Translations under genes and position numbers: made by a program
The notes under the pieces: model-generated
Told to the model about the DNA's origin: nothing
The model's database searches: none
Seen by the model: the letters and a program-made list of their open reading frames with translations, nothing else
In this document: positions 1 to 10,522 of the stretch, one piece after another
Layout of the letters: the number at the start of each line of letters is the position of its first letter
Position numbering within the stretch: the first letter of the stretch is position 1
From: Isorropodon fossajaponicum endosymbiont JTNG4
GTDB taxonomy: Bacteria; Pseudomonadota; Gammaproteobacteria; PS1; Pseudothioglobaceae
Length of the DNA stretch: 32,000 nt
Direction of reading: 5' to 3'
Assembly: GCF_016592615.1 (NCBI RefSeq)
Contig: NZ_AP013043.1
Location: forward strand, 930,001 to 962,000

Positions 1-932
<932 letters not shown>

Positions 933-1129
933 ACATGACTCATGGCGCGTTGAATGGATACAGAAGAGGATAAATCCAGTTGATAAGCATCAAGGCCTAA
1001 GTTTTTTAACTTCTCAACATCAATGTCACCTCTGGCAGTGGCAAATACTTGATAGCCTTTTTGCTTTAATCCTTTCGCCAAACACAAACCAATACCACTT
1101 GAACAGCCCGTAATTAAAACTGATTTCAC
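933..1129 (-). pseudogene. Short-chain dehydrogenase/reductase (SDR) N-terminal fragment of about 65 codons. Its 3' part was replaced by the IS fragment.
   Basis: (M/V)KSVLITGCSSGIGLCLAKGL..VFATAR is a classic SDR TGxxxGIG Rossmann motif. The reading runs straight into IS sequence at 932/933, so the 92-aa track ORF 869..1147 is a chimera. A likely GTG start at 1129 overlaps the pcnB TGA stop. Confidence 0.6.
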
Positions 1130-2265
1130 TGTTGAGCTTTGGTCCAAAATTTAGCCACATCAACCAATTCTGAATTGGTACTCATAGAGCGCAATAATAA
1201 GAAATCGTATGCCATTCTAAAACGTGGATTGCTTAATAATGTTTTGACTTTTTTTGGTTGCATTTTTTCCAATCTTGGTTGCATTAGCCAAATATCTTTA
1301 ATTCTAGTACTTAACCATCTGGGTAACGAGACTTGCTTAATTTGATTAATAATCACCTCTTCAGAAGCCTGAGTCATCGCTAAAGACGAACAACTTTGTT
1401 TGTTTTTAAGCGCAATAAAACGCTCATTGTAGGTCTGCCATAAAAATACAGCAAATAAAAACACAGGTGTGACAGATTGATTTTTTTTAATTCTATCTGA
1501 TGTATTTAACAAGGCTTTTTTAATAAATTCATTCTTATGAGTTTGTTTAAACAAATATTTTAACAAACCATATTTTTCTAAGCGCTCATACACTTCAAAC
1601 CCATATTCATTGTGAAACAATTTAATACACTCTTCATACAGGCGTGCTGCAGAAATATTACCAATAAGTGATGCTTGTTCAAAAATAGCCGATTTAATCT
1701 CATCACTCAGTTGAAACCCTAATTTAGTTTGAAACCTAATGGCTCTAATCATGCGCACTGGGTCTTGTTCAAACCTTATACCTGGATTACCAATAATATG
1801 CACTTCTTTCGCTTTTATATCTTCAAGTCCACCCACATAATCAATCACTTCTTGTGTTTTAATATCATAATAAAGCGCGTTAATATTAAAATCCCTACGC
1901 ACGACATCGTCCTCAATATTACCATAGCAATTATCACGAATAACAACACCATTTTTAGCGGTTTGTATCTTGCCTGACCTAAAAGTAGCCACTTCAATAA
2001 ATTTACGCGCTGAAAACATAACGTGCACTAAACGAAAGCGCCTACCAATTAAACGTGAGCGTTTAAATAATTTATGCACTTGTTCTGGTTTGGCATTGGT
2101 TGCAATATCAAAATCTTTTGGCTCTAAATTTAAGAGCAAATCTCTAACGCAACCACCCACTAAATAGGCTTTAAATCCCGCTTTATTAATAACATTAATA
2201 ACTTTTAAAGCATCCTTGTCTAGAAGTTTTTTATCAAACTTAATGCTTTGACGAATGGCTTTCAT
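1126..2265 (-). CDS. pcnB: Poly(A) polymerase I
   Basis: The ORF is 379 aa. It has the nucleotidyltransferase motif GGCVRDLLL..KDFDIAT and the PcnB-type RLIGRRFRLVHV segment. Confidence 0.85.
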   Translation of the reverse strand: MKAIRQSIKFDKKLLDKDALKVINVINKAGFKAYLVGGCVRDLLLNLEPKDFDIATNAKPEQVHKLFKRSRLIGRRFRLVHVMFSARKFIEVATFRSGKIQTAKNGVVIRDNCYGNIEDDVVRRDFNINALYYDIKTQEVIDYVGGLEDIKAKEVHIIGNPGIRFEQDPVRMIRAIRFQTKLGFQLSDEIKSAIFEQASLIGNISAARLYEECIKLFHNEYGFEVYERLEKYGLLKYLFKQTHKNEFIKKALLNTSDRIKKNQSVTPVFLFAVFLWQTYNERFIALKNKQSCSSLAMTQASEEVIINQIKQVSLPRWLSTRIKDIWLMQPRLEKMQPKKVKTLLSNPRFRMAYDFLLLRSMSTNSELVDVAKFWTKAQQ

Positions 2266-2273
2266 AAAAAATA

Positions 2274-2672
2274 CTAGCCCAAATGCTGTAAATCAACTTT
2301 GGCTTTAGGCGTCCAGTTTTTTTGCTGATATTCAGAAATTATGGTTGTATAAATACCGCCACGAACATTAAAAATTGCCTTTAAGCGCATGAATCTTGGA
2401 TTGCTTGCTTGAACCAAATCATCAAGAATTTGGTTAGTGACCGCCTCATGGAATGCGCCCTCGTTTCGATACGACCAAATATACATTTTCAGTGATTTTA
2501 ATTCTATACACGCTTTATCAGCAATGTACTCAAGATGTAATATGGCAAAATCAGGCTGCCCTGTTTTTGGACATAAGCACGTAAACTCTGGCATATCAAT
2601 TTGAATGACAAAATCACGCTCAATATTAGGATTATCAAAAACCTCTAAGGCTTTACTGGGTTGAGATGACAT
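2274..2672 (-). CDS. queF: NADPH-dependent 7-cyano-7-deazaguanine (preQ0) reductase, type I
   Basis: The ORF is 132 aa. It has the QueF motif [15 protein letters not shown] and the downstream E(A)FHE region. Confidence 0.9.
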   Translation of the reverse strand: MSSQPSKALEVFDNPNIERDFVIQIDMPEFTCLCPKTGQPDFAILHLEYIADKACIELKSLKMYIWSYRNEGAFHEAVTNQILDDLVQASNPRFMRLKAIFNVRGGIYTTIISEYQQKNWTPKAKVDLQHLG

Positions 2673-2711
2673 TAAACTTTTTCCTTTAAAAAAACATGAC
2701 TATTTTACACT

Positions 2712-3836
2712 TTAAAAGGTGTAACGCTTTTTATAAAAAATAAAAATCAACAATAGCATCGCTAAATGCACCCACCACAGCCCAATAATTGGCAAAAACT
2801 CTCCTCGCTCTAGGGCTGATTTTGCAATTAATAAAACATTGTTATACACAATAAATGCAACAACACCAACCAGTACGCCTAAATTTTTACCACTTCGTGG
2901 GGAGGTTTTTCCAAGTAATACGCCAAGCACTGATAATATTAAAATACTCAAGGGCTGAGATATTCTCCATTGAAACTCTGCTATTTCTGTCAATTTGTTA
3001 GAAAATAACAATTCAAACGTCGACTTTGATTCTACTTTAGTAACTGTGCTAATAGTTTTTTGTACCTCGCCATCAATAATTTGCAAATCATATAGTTTAA
3101 AATTTAAGATTTTTTTATTTTTATCCGAAGGAAAACCGTGATAACGCGTACCATTTTTAAGGCGTAAATACACGCTGTTGGTGTTTAAGTTGGTGTATTT
3201 TTGAGCTTGCTTTGCCAAGGTTATAACTGGCTCATTATTGACCAATGTATAAATAAAAATTTCTTCCATATTTTGCTCTTTAGCATTATCAGCATCACTG
3301 ACCTTTGATGCGTAAAAAACAATATCACCATTTTTAAACTCTTGAAACTCACTCTCTTTAATAAAAGAAAATTCAGATGCATTTTCACTACGTTCCATAA
3401 TCAAGCCTCTTTGTTGCTTAGACCAAGGCACCACAACTGTCGTTAAAAGCAAAACAAAGATAAAAACAAAGATAACAAGCGGCTGAATAAATATCATGAA
3501 ATACTTATCACCTAAGCCTAATGAGTTCATCACAATAGCTTCTGAATCCTTATAAAGCTTGCTAATACTCAAAATAATAGCCAATAATAAAGATAAAGAT
3601 AAAATTAGCGCAACATCTCTAATCATATTAAAACCGACCAGTGGCAATAAGTCTGCAACAGGTATGCCTTCTTTTAAACTTTCTTTAATCACCAGCACTA
3701 ATTGGTTGCCAAAAACAACCAAAGCAATCACAATAAATACCGCACTCAAAAGCACCAATACGTTACGCATTAAATACCTAGCTAGAATACTATTTTGTAA
3801 TTTAAGAGCTCTAGCTACTATAGGAGGAAGTTTCAT
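2712..3836 (-). CDS. lptF: LPS export ABC transporter permease, LptF/LptG (YjgP/YjgQ) family, LptF-like
   Basis: The ORF is 374 aa with N-terminal and C-terminal TM clusters around a central periplasmic domain. ..ARYLMRNV.. and ..LSLSLLLAIILSISKLYKDSEAIVMNSLG resemble LptF. No lptG gene is adjacent. Confidence 0.75.
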   Translation of the reverse strand: MKLPPIVARALKLQNSILARYLMRNVLVLLSAVFIVIALVVFGNQLVLVIKESLKEGIPVADLLPLVGFNMIRDVALILSLSLLLAIILSISKLYKDSEAIVMNSLGLGDKYFMIFIQPLVIFVFIFVLLLTTVVVPWSKQQRGLIMERSENASEFSFIKESEFQEFKNGDIVFYASKVSDADNAKEQNMEEIFIYTLVNNEPVITLAKQAQKYTNLNTNSVYLRLKNGTRYHGFPSDKNKKILNFKLYDLQIIDGEVQKTISTVTKVESKSTFELLFSNKLTEIAEFQWRISQPLSILILSVLGVLLGKTSPRSGKNLGVLVGVVAFIVYNNVLLIAKSALERGEFLPIIGLWWVHLAMLLLIFIFYKKRYTF

Positions 3837-4094
3837 ACTTTAAGATGTTGCTACGCAACCCAGTGTAGTCTAGGAAATACACTCTTTTCAGTATTCTTTT
3901 GAGAGATGAAAAACGGTGTACTTTTTAAGAAAAAATGAGAACAACAGTCGGCTATTTGACGAATTTTTTCCTGAGGAAAATACTGTTTTATAGGCTTCAT
4001 AAATTATATTGAGTTGGTATAGTCTCCTTGAGTATACTTAAAGCGATTAATGAGTGCTCAGAATAATTAGGCAATGATTTTTTAAATAAATTTG

Positions 4095-5357
4095 TTACTT
4101 TTTTTGCGACATTGAAGCGAAAAACTCATCATTGGTTTTGGTCAATTTTAAGCGATCAATTAAGAATTCAGCCGCCTCAACAGTGTCCATAGGATGCAGA
4201 ATTTTGCGTAAAATCCACATTTTTTGTAATTCTTTTTCATCCGTAATTAACTCTTCACGGCGCGTACCAGAAGCATTAATATTAATTGCTGGGAAAATTC
4301 GCTTTTCACTCAAGCGCTTTTCTAAATGAAGCTCCATATTACCTGTGCCTTTAAATTCTTGATAAATAACTTCATCCATTTTTGAACCAGTGTCAATCAA
4401 TGCGGTGGCAATAATGGTAATACTTCCACCATTTTCAATGTTTCTAGCTGCACCAAAAAAACGCTTAGGACGTTGTAGTGCATTAGCATCAACACCACCT
4501 GTTAGTACCTTGCCTGATGAAGGGACGATTGTATTATAAGCGCGCGCCAAACGTGTAATTGAATCTAGCAAAATAATCACATCTTTGCCTTGTTCTGCGC
4601 GTCGTTTGGCTTTTTGAATCACCATTTCAGCAACTTTCACATGACGTTTTGCTGACTCATCAAATGTTGAAGCGATTACCTCACCACGTACGGTGCGTGC
4701 CATTTCTGTTACTTCTTCAGGGCGTTCATCAATTAAAAGCACAATCAATTCACATTTTGGATGATTAACTGAAATAGAAGTGGCGATATTTTGCATAATC
4801 ATGGTTTTACCTGCCTTAGGTGGTGCAACCAACAAGCCCCTTTGCCCTTTACCAAATGGCGTAACAAGATCAATCACTCTGGCAGTAATATCTTCGGTAC
4901 CACCATTGCCAATTTCTAAATTGAGTCTTTCATTAGGATGAATGGGTGTAAGTGAGGCAAATGGCACTCTATTTCTAACATTGTCCGGGTCTTCACCGTT
5001 CACTTCTGATACTTTAATTAAAGCAAAATACTTTTCACCCTTTTTAGGTGCTCTAATTTTTCCTGCAACTAAATCACCGGTTGATAAATTAAAACGTCTA
5101 ATTTGATTAGGTGAAATATAAATATCATCCGCACCCGAGGTATAAGAATCATCACTTGATCTTAAAAAACCATAACCATCTTGCAACACATCCAAAACAC
5201 CATCGCCTAACACTTCCTCATCATTAGCCGCTTTAGCTTTAAGAATAATGAAAATTAGGGTTTGTTTTTTAGCTCTAGAAATATTTTCTGCACCTAGGGA
5301 TTGTGCTAATTCTAATAACTCTTCTGGGCTAAATTTTTTGAGTTCTGATAATTTCAT
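4095..5357 (-). CDS. rho: Transcription termination factor Rho
   Basis: The sequence is nearly collinear with E. coli Rho, from [14 protein letters not shown] through the Walker A motif PPKAGKT to the C-terminal TKTNDEFF. I place the start at the MKLSELKK methionine (5357), not at the upstream track start (5399). Confidence 0.97.
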   Translation of the reverse strand: MKLSELKKFSPEELLELAQSLGAENISRAKKQTLIFIILKAKAANDEEVLGDGVLDVLQDGYGFLRSSDDSYTSGADDIYISPNQIRRFNLSTGDLVAGKIRAPKKGEKYFALIKVSEVNGEDPDNVRNRVPFASLTPIHPNERLNLEIGNGGTEDITARVIDLVTPFGKGQRGLLVAPPKAGKTMIMQNIATSISVNHPKCELIVLLIDERPEEVTEMARTVRGEVIASTFDESAKRHVKVAEMVIQKAKRRAEQGKDVIILLDSITRLARAYNTIVPSSGKVLTGGVDANALQRPKRFFGAARNIENGGSITIIATALIDTGSKMDEVIYQEFKGTGNMELHLEKRLSEKRIFPAININASGTRREELITDEKELQKMWILRKILHPMDTVEAAEFLIDRLKLTKTNDEFFASMSQKK

Positions 5358-5476
5358 GAATGTGTCCATATTAAGGATAAGTATTTTTTTACTTAACAAG
5401 GGGTATACGTCTAAAGCGCTAGAAGGTTTTGTTAAACTGAGTAGTTAAGATAAAAACAATCAGTTATTTAGTTTTT

Positions 5477-5803
5477 TTAAATATTGGCATCAATAAATGC
5501 ACTAAGTTCCGCTTTTGAAAGTGCGCCCATTTTGGTTGCTTGAACAGCGCCATCAGAAAATAACAACATCGTTGGAATGCCGCGAATACCATACTTTGGT
5601 GGTGTTTGCTCGTTCTCGTCTATATTAACTTTAGCAATAATGACTTTACCATCATATTCATCAGCAATCTCATCTAATACAGGTGCTAATGCCTTACATG
5701 GTCCGCACCACTCAGCCCAAAAATCTACCAATACCACTTGTGATGAGTTAACAACATCTGCTTCAAAAGAGGCGTCAGTCACTACTTTAATTTTATCGTT
5801 CAT
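5477..5803 (-). CDS. trxA: Thioredoxin 1
   Basis: It has the WCGPC active site. [17 protein letters not shown].. matches the usual TrxA N-terminus. The longer track ORF (to 5860) would run through a terminator-like hairpin. The trxA-rho order matches E. coli. Confidence 0.93.
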   Translation of the reverse strand: MNDKIKVVTDASFEADVVNSSQVVLVDFWAEWCGPCKALAPVLDEIADEYDGKVIIAKVNIDENEQTPPKYGIRGIPTMLLFSDGAVQATKMGALSKAELSAFIDANI

Positions 5804-5825
5804 ATTTTTTGTAATGTTAATCTGA

Positions 5826-5853
5826 AATGAAAAAAGAAACAGCAGAACTGCTG
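5826..5853 (-). terminator. Candidate intrinsic terminator downstream of glnD
   Basis: On the minus strand the sequence reads CAGCAG-TT-CTGCTG, a 5-6 bp stem, followed by TTTCTTTTTTCATTT. The stem is short, so this call is weak. Confidence 0.3.
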
Positions 5854-5896
5854 ATTGCATAAAATTATATCATCATTTAACTTGCGTAATATCTTT

Positions 5897-8413
5897 TTAC
5901 AATCTTTCTTCCAAGGCCTCTTTAAGCACTGATTGTTCTGTCACACTCAATGGCTGATTTTTAGCATTGCTAATAAAAAACACATCTTCAACTCTTTCCC
6001 CCATGGTGGCAATTCTAGCATTAATTAATGAAATGTCTAACTCGAAAAAAACATAGGCAATGTTAGAAAGTATGCCCTGCTTGTCAAGCACATTAATCTC
6101 TAATTGGGTTAAATTCCACTGTTCATTCGCACTAAAACTAACTTTCATTTTATGATCAAAGTATCGATGCGTGTATATACCATGGGTTGTTCTTACGCTT
6201 ACATCTAAATCATCCAACTCATTTTTGATTTCTTGATTTATATTGATGTGCTCAAGCGCTTCATCTTGCAAAACACTAATCGTGTTATACACTTTTCTGT
6301 TCTTTGTGGTTAGGATTTTAGCATCCACAATATCAAGACCCAGCCTTTCAAGAATACTAATTAATTTAAAGAATAAACCTTTAAAATCATCACACAACAC
6401 AAAAATATCAACCACATTGTGTTGTGAAATTTTAGAACTAACAATAATCTTATCATTGGTTATTTTGGTAGCAAGACTCAAATGCCATAAAATATCGTCA
6501 ACCTCATAACGCACATAATAGTCTTTAGGCAAGGTTGACAATACCTTTTCAACATCACTCATTTGATAGCCCTGAGCAATAGAATTCTTAATAATGATTT
6601 GCTTAATGTCTTGTACTCTTTGGTCCACACTTGGGCGCTGACTATTACTGCTTTCTAGGTATTTTTTGGTATTATAAAATAGTTTTTTTAATAAGGAGTC
6701 TTTCCAGCTATTCCACAAATCATCTTTTGTTGCACGAATATCAGCATTTGTTAATAAATATAAAAATTCTAAAAATTCAACCGTGCCCACTTGTTTAGAA
6801 AAACGCTCAATCACTTCAAAATCACCAATATCTTGCTTTTGCGCAACCATTGACATAAGTAAATGCTTTTCAACTAACTTTGAAACCAAATCAGTATCAC
6901 TTGTTTTTAATTGATGGTGCTGGCAAAACTCACGTGCATCAATGGCACCCAACTGGGCATGCTCCCCACCTCTACCTTTGGCGATATCATGAAAAAGCCC
7001 TGCCAATAATAGCAACTCTGGTTTTTGAATACCTTGTGCTATCTCGCTACAAAGCGCAAATTCCTTAGCAAACTCGGGTATAAAAAAACGCCTCAAATTA
7101 CGAATCACAAACAACGTATGCTGGTCCACCGTGTAAGCATGAAATAAATCGTATTGCATTAGCCCCATAATCTTACCAAAAGCAGGAATGTAATGCTCTA
7201 AAATACCGTAACGATTCATGAGTTTTAACGCCTTATTAACCCCTTGATTTTGCTGTAACAACTCAATGAATAAGCGATTATTTTTGCGCTTTTTGTAATA
7301 ATCAAAATCAATTAAATTAATGCTATTTTGCATTTGTCTAAGTGTTTTTGCACTAATACCCCGTACATAATTATGCTTGGCGATGAGCAAAAATATTTCA
7401 ATAAAAGCAGATGGCGTTTGGATAAAAACCTGCTCATCAATTGAATGAATATAACCATGACTAATCATAAAGCGACTGTTCAAGTGCTGTGTGTTTAAAA
7501 TCTCATCTTCTAATAATTGCAACAAAATATCATTAAGACGCGACACTCTAGTCACAGTTTGGTAATAATCCTTCATAAAAGCTTCAACCGCTAAAGAATC
7601 CCCATCAACATAACCCAGCATGGTTGCCACAGATTTTTGATATTGGAATGCAAGCCTGTCTTCACGCCGATTAGCGATAATATGCAGTGCAAATCTGACT
7701 TTGAATAGAAATAGTTGTGATGTTTTTAATAACCCATACTCAGTGGTTGTTAAATATTGCTTATCGACCAGTTCAAACAAAGTATTAACGTCAAAATACC
7801 ACTTTGCTACCCACACAATTGTTTGAATGTCTCTAAGACCGCCAGGGCTTTGTTTGATGTTTGGTTCTAAGTTATAAGCAGTATTGGACAAATTTTGATG
7901 ACGATTGTGTTGCTCTTTTTGCTTTTCAACTAAAAATGATTGGCTTGACCAAACGCTAGATTTAATCACAGCCTTCATCTTAAAAAACAAAGATGCTTTA
8001 CCTAAAATAATGCGAGACTCTAATAAATTAGTCACTACACTAAGATCATCAATCACACTAATACAATCTTTCAAATCCCGAGTTGCATGCCCTACTTCCA
8101 AGTTCACATCCCATAAAAATATTAAAAAACTAGCAATACTTTGTTGATAGGTATCATGCGCACCATCAGGAATTAAAATCAACAAATCTATATCCGAATA
8201 CGGATGCAACTCTCCCCTGCCATAACCACCAACAGCCACCAAACATAACTGGTCTAAAAGATTAAAACTTTGCCAAATATCTTTAAGTAATTGATCAACC
8301 CCTTCACTTCTAGCCAATACAAGTGTTTGAGCTGCCTCTGGATTATTTAAAAAATCCGCCTTGATTGAGTCTTGTAATGCTTGATATTGCGCTTTAAATA
8401 TTGATAAATCCAT
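5897..8413 (-). CDS. glnD: Bifunctional [protein-PII] uridylyltransferase/uridylyl-removing enzyme
   Basis: The ORF is 838 aa. It has the nucleotidyltransferase motif GGYGRGELHPYSDIDLLIL, the HD domain LFHDIAKGRGGEH, and two C-terminal ACT-like segments. Confidence 0.9.
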   Translation of the reverse strand: MDLSIFKAQYQALQDSIKADFLNNPEAAQTLVLARSEGVDQLLKDIWQSFNLLDQLCLVAVGGYGRGELHPYSDIDLLILIPDGAHDTYQQSIASFLIFLWDVNLEVGHATRDLKDCISVIDDLSVVTNLLESRIILGKASLFFKMKAVIKSSVWSSQSFLVEKQKEQHNRHQNLSNTAYNLEPNIKQSPGGLRDIQTIVWVAKWYFDVNTLFELVDKQYLTTTEYGLLKTSQLFLFKVRFALHIIANRREDRLAFQYQKSVATMLGYVDGDSLAVEAFMKDYYQTVTRVSRLNDILLQLLEDEILNTQHLNSRFMISHGYIHSIDEQVFIQTPSAFIEIFLLIAKHNYVRGISAKTLRQMQNSINLIDFDYYKKRKNNRLFIELLQQNQGVNKALKLMNRYGILEHYIPAFGKIMGLMQYDLFHAYTVDQHTLFVIRNLRRFFIPEFAKEFALCSEIAQGIQKPELLLLAGLFHDIAKGRGGEHAQLGAIDAREFCQHHQLKTSDTDLVSKLVEKHLLMSMVAQKQDIGDFEVIERFSKQVGTVEFLEFLYLLTNADIRATKDDLWNSWKDSLLKKLFYNTKKYLESSNSQRPSVDQRVQDIKQIIIKNSIAQGYQMSDVEKVLSTLPKDYYVRYEVDDILWHLSLATKITNDKIIVSSKISQHNVVDIFVLCDDFKGLFFKLISILERLGLDIVDAKILTTKNRKVYNTISVLQDEALEHININQEIKNELDDLDVSVRTTHGIYTHRYFDHKMKVSFSANEQWNLTQLEINVLDKQGILSNIAYVFFELDISLINARIATMGERVEDVFFISNAKNQPLSVTEQSVLKEALEERL

Positions 8414-8527
8414 GCCCTATTTTATCAAAATACAAGCTGGCTACTATTTTTATTCATCATAATAACACTCTATACCAAGTAAGGTTTAGTGTAGTTACAA
8501 GAATCCACTTGTTATCTGCTCTACAAT

Positions 8528-9029
8528 TTATAATACTTGCCAATCATTCACACTATTGACCACCACAGCATTCATTAACACTGACTGACTCCACTGAGTA
8601 CCATCAACAAAATCAATTCTATCAATAGCAATTTGACTGGCATTATCATTAGTCTCAAACCTTACTTTATCGCCTGTATCCAAAATCTCTAAGTAAATAT
8701 AGGTGTCATCTTGATATAGTCCTATATCTTGCATATTAATACCCTGCCCAAATTTGAGCACATCATAACCATTCGCATCCATCACTTCTAACTGTCCATC
8801 GTCAAGGTTAAAGATATAGGTATCGTTGTCTGTGCCAGCGTTAAGGATGTCGTTGCCAGCATCACCGTCTAGGGTGTCATGACCTGAACCACCATCTAAA
8901 ATATCAAACCCACTGCCGCTTGTCAAAATATCATTACCATTGGTACCTATTAGGTGTAAATCAGCATCTCTTGCTAAAGCTTGTAGTAGTTGATTGCCAG
9001 TTTCATCACCTGCTTGTTCTAGTACTGGT
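8528..9029 (-). pseudogene. RTX-type (hemolysin-type Ca-binding repeat) protein, C-terminal remnant truncated by IS copy 2
   Basis: It contains GGxGxD-type nonapeptides (GTNGNDILTSGSGFDILDGGSGHDTLDGDAGNDIL) followed by the usual ..YIF..DG...D.LKFG.GI...D..FVDGTQW tail. The frame is open up to the IS terminus at 9030 with no start codon. The track start at 9034 is a TTG inside the IS inverted repeat. Confidence 0.7.
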
Positions 9030-9058
9030 TGCAATGCTCTAACCTACTTGGACACATT

Positions 9059-9787
9059 TCAAGCCGCTTTTTTCAATTCAGCCATCTCTTGAGCAGGTGT
9101 TAAATACCCAATCGCTGAATGAATCCTTTTGTAATTATACAAGTAGATATAACCCTCTACATTTTGCACGACTTCACTATGATTTGCAAAACTTTGATAA
9201 TTTAATCTCTCAGTCTTCAGACTTCTAAAGAAACGCTCCATGACCGCATTATCCCAACAATTACCTCGCCTGCTCATGCTTTGAGTAATGTTGTTCTTGT
9301 TGCAATAATCAATAAAAACTTTAGAAGAGTATTGAGTCCCTTGATCAGAGTGGAACATGTGTTTATTTGTATTGGGCTGGTGTCTAGACACAGCATTACT
9401 AAGCGCATCCTTTGCCAACTGAGCATTAGGCTGTTTTGACAATGCCCAACCAACAACTTGTCTTGAGCCTAAATCCAACACACTGGCTAAATAACTCCCA
9501 CCTTGATAGGTTTTGATATAGGTAATATCACCAACCCAATGCGTATTAATTGATTGCTGCTCAAACACACGATTTAATAGGTTTTTTGCCTTTTTAAACA
9601 TCAATCTAGTATTAGGGTAATAATGACGCTTTCTTGGGCGTATGGCAACTACATTGGCTTTTTTCATTAGCGTTGCAGTTTGGTAAATACCAATGTTATA
9701 ACCTTGGTTATTCAAAACTACTCGCATTCTGCGTTTGCCATAGGTGTATCCAACTTCAATAGCAGTTTGTTTGATTAATTTAATCAT
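9059..9787 (-). CDS. IS3-family transposase OrfB (DDE integrase core), copy 2
   Basis: The ORF is 242 aa from an internal ATG. DDE context is present: [27 protein letters not shown]. The frame extends upstream (..ALLKLPRSSYYYQ..) to an in-frame TGA at 9863-9865. Confidence 0.85.
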   Translation of the reverse strand: MIKLIKQTAIEVGYTYGKRRMRVVLNNQGYNIGIYQTATLMKKANVVAIRPRKRHYYPNTRLMFKKAKNLLNRVFEQQSINTHWVGDITYIKTYQGGSYLASVLDLGSRQVVGWALSKQPNAQLAKDALSNAVSRHQPNTNKHMFHSDQGTQYSSKVFIDYCNKNNITQSMSRRGNCWDNAVMERFFRSLKTERLNYQSFANHSEVVQNVEGYIYLYNYKRIHSAIGYLTPAQEMAELKKAA

Positions 9788-9912
9788 AGCGTTGGTGTTG
9801 TTGTTTACTCGCTTATCTTTGACTTGATAGTAATAACTACTGCGAGGAAGTTTGAGTAATGCTCATAATTCTTTAGTATTGTATTGTTGGCAAGCCTTGT
9901 TTATCTTGATAA

Positions 9913-10266
9913 TCATATCACTTGGTGATTGTCCACAGCGAACAAGGCTGTTGCCTTTTTTAAGATTTCATTGTCCCTTTGTGCGCGCCAAAGTTGTTTC
10001 TCAAGCAGTTGTATTGTTTGTTGTTCAGAAGTCAGCGCTTTGCCTGACTCTGGTGTTTGTCCACCAAGCTCTGCTAGGTATTGTTTTCTCCATCTGCTAA
10101 CTGCTGAGGAGCAAGCTCCTGATATTATCATGATTTTTTTTATTGGTGTAATTCTCATGCACCATGAGTTTGGCATAATCTAGTGTTCCCCCCCCTCAAG
10201 GGGGTATTGAACAGAATGTTCAACGGTAAAAGTCACTCGTTGTTTTCTTGATTTATATTGTGTCAT
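9913..10266 (-). pseudogene. IS3-family OrfA (HTH protein), copy 2, disrupted by two frameshifts
   Basis: The ATG at 10266 gives MTQYKSRKQRVTFTVEH.. and then a TAG at 10180-10182. The expected HTH segment YAKLMVHENYTNKK / IMIISGACSSAVSRWRKQY lies in two different frames. The frames change at the C8 run (10188-10195) and the T8 run (10134-10141). Confidence 0.75.
9955..9961 (-). promoter_or_regulatory. Canonical IS3-type -1 programmed frameshift heptamer A AAA AAG in orfA
   Basis: The minus strand reads TTA AAA AAG in the orfA frame. orfB lies in the -1 frame. The same motif occurs at 29111-29117 in copy 3. Confidence 0.7.
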
Positions 10267-10399
10267 TACTGACCTCCTTATGGTTTGTATTATAAGGCTA
10301 TCTTTGTGTCCAATAAAATTAGACTATTGCAGTAAAATTAAAAAGATAACTTAGTTTGTTAGAATTGGTGTTTATTCGTATTTTTTGATGTTCACTTTT

Positions 10400-10522
10400 T
10401 TAAGCCACGTTAATGTCTAGGCCTTTTAGGACTTCAAAGCCATTGGTGGCTTTATTGCCAAACAGTTCAAAACTATCGTCAATCTTGCCATTGTTGTCGT
10501 GGTCAAAATACCAATAAAATCT
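10400..10522 (-). pseudogene. Short remnant resembling the D-x-D-x-NG-x-ID / ELFGN..NGF segment of large Ca-binding (RTX-associated) proteins
   Basis: The minus-strand reading is ..YWYFDHDNNGKIDDSFELFGNKATNGFEVLKGLDINVA*. It is only about 39 codons, bounded by stops, with no start context. Confidence 0.3.

Larger units (their letters stand above)
9030..10331 (-). mobile_element. IS3-family insertion sequence, copy 2 (1302 bp, both termini present)
   Basis: The boundaries are defined by where copy 2 and copy 3 diverge from their flanks. The terminal inverted repeats are TGCAATGCTCTAACCTACTTGGACACA and TGCAATAGTCTAATTTTATTGGACACA, matching at 21 of 27 positions with TG...CA ends. orfA and orfB are arranged with orfB in the -1 frame. 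Confidence 0.92.

Noticed and set aside
3851-4000. A 49-codon minus-strand ORF (MKPIKQYFPQEKIRQIADCCSHFF...) and weak inverted repeats in the 258-bp rho-lptF spacer.
   Set aside because: It has no motif. The AAGGAG sits too far (about 22 nt) from the ATG. The repeats are 7 bp or shorter. I cannot distinguish it from a chance ORF or relic. The spacer is unusually long for this window, so it may deserve a covariance-model or conservation scan.
5864-5869. A TATAAT hexamer on the minus strand upstream of trxA, considered as its promoter.
   Set aside because: It lies upstream of the terminator-like hairpin (5840-5853) rather than after it, and has no acceptable -35 element at 17 bp. The position is inconsistent with a simple promoter call.
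9863-9865. The idea that the shared TGA in the IS transframe region is decoded as Trp (genetic code 4) or otherwise recoded.
   Set aside because: TGA clearly terminates housekeeping genes here: pcnB at 1126-1128 and valS at 25399-25401, at positions matching homologue C-termini. No SECIS-like evidence can be assessed by eye.
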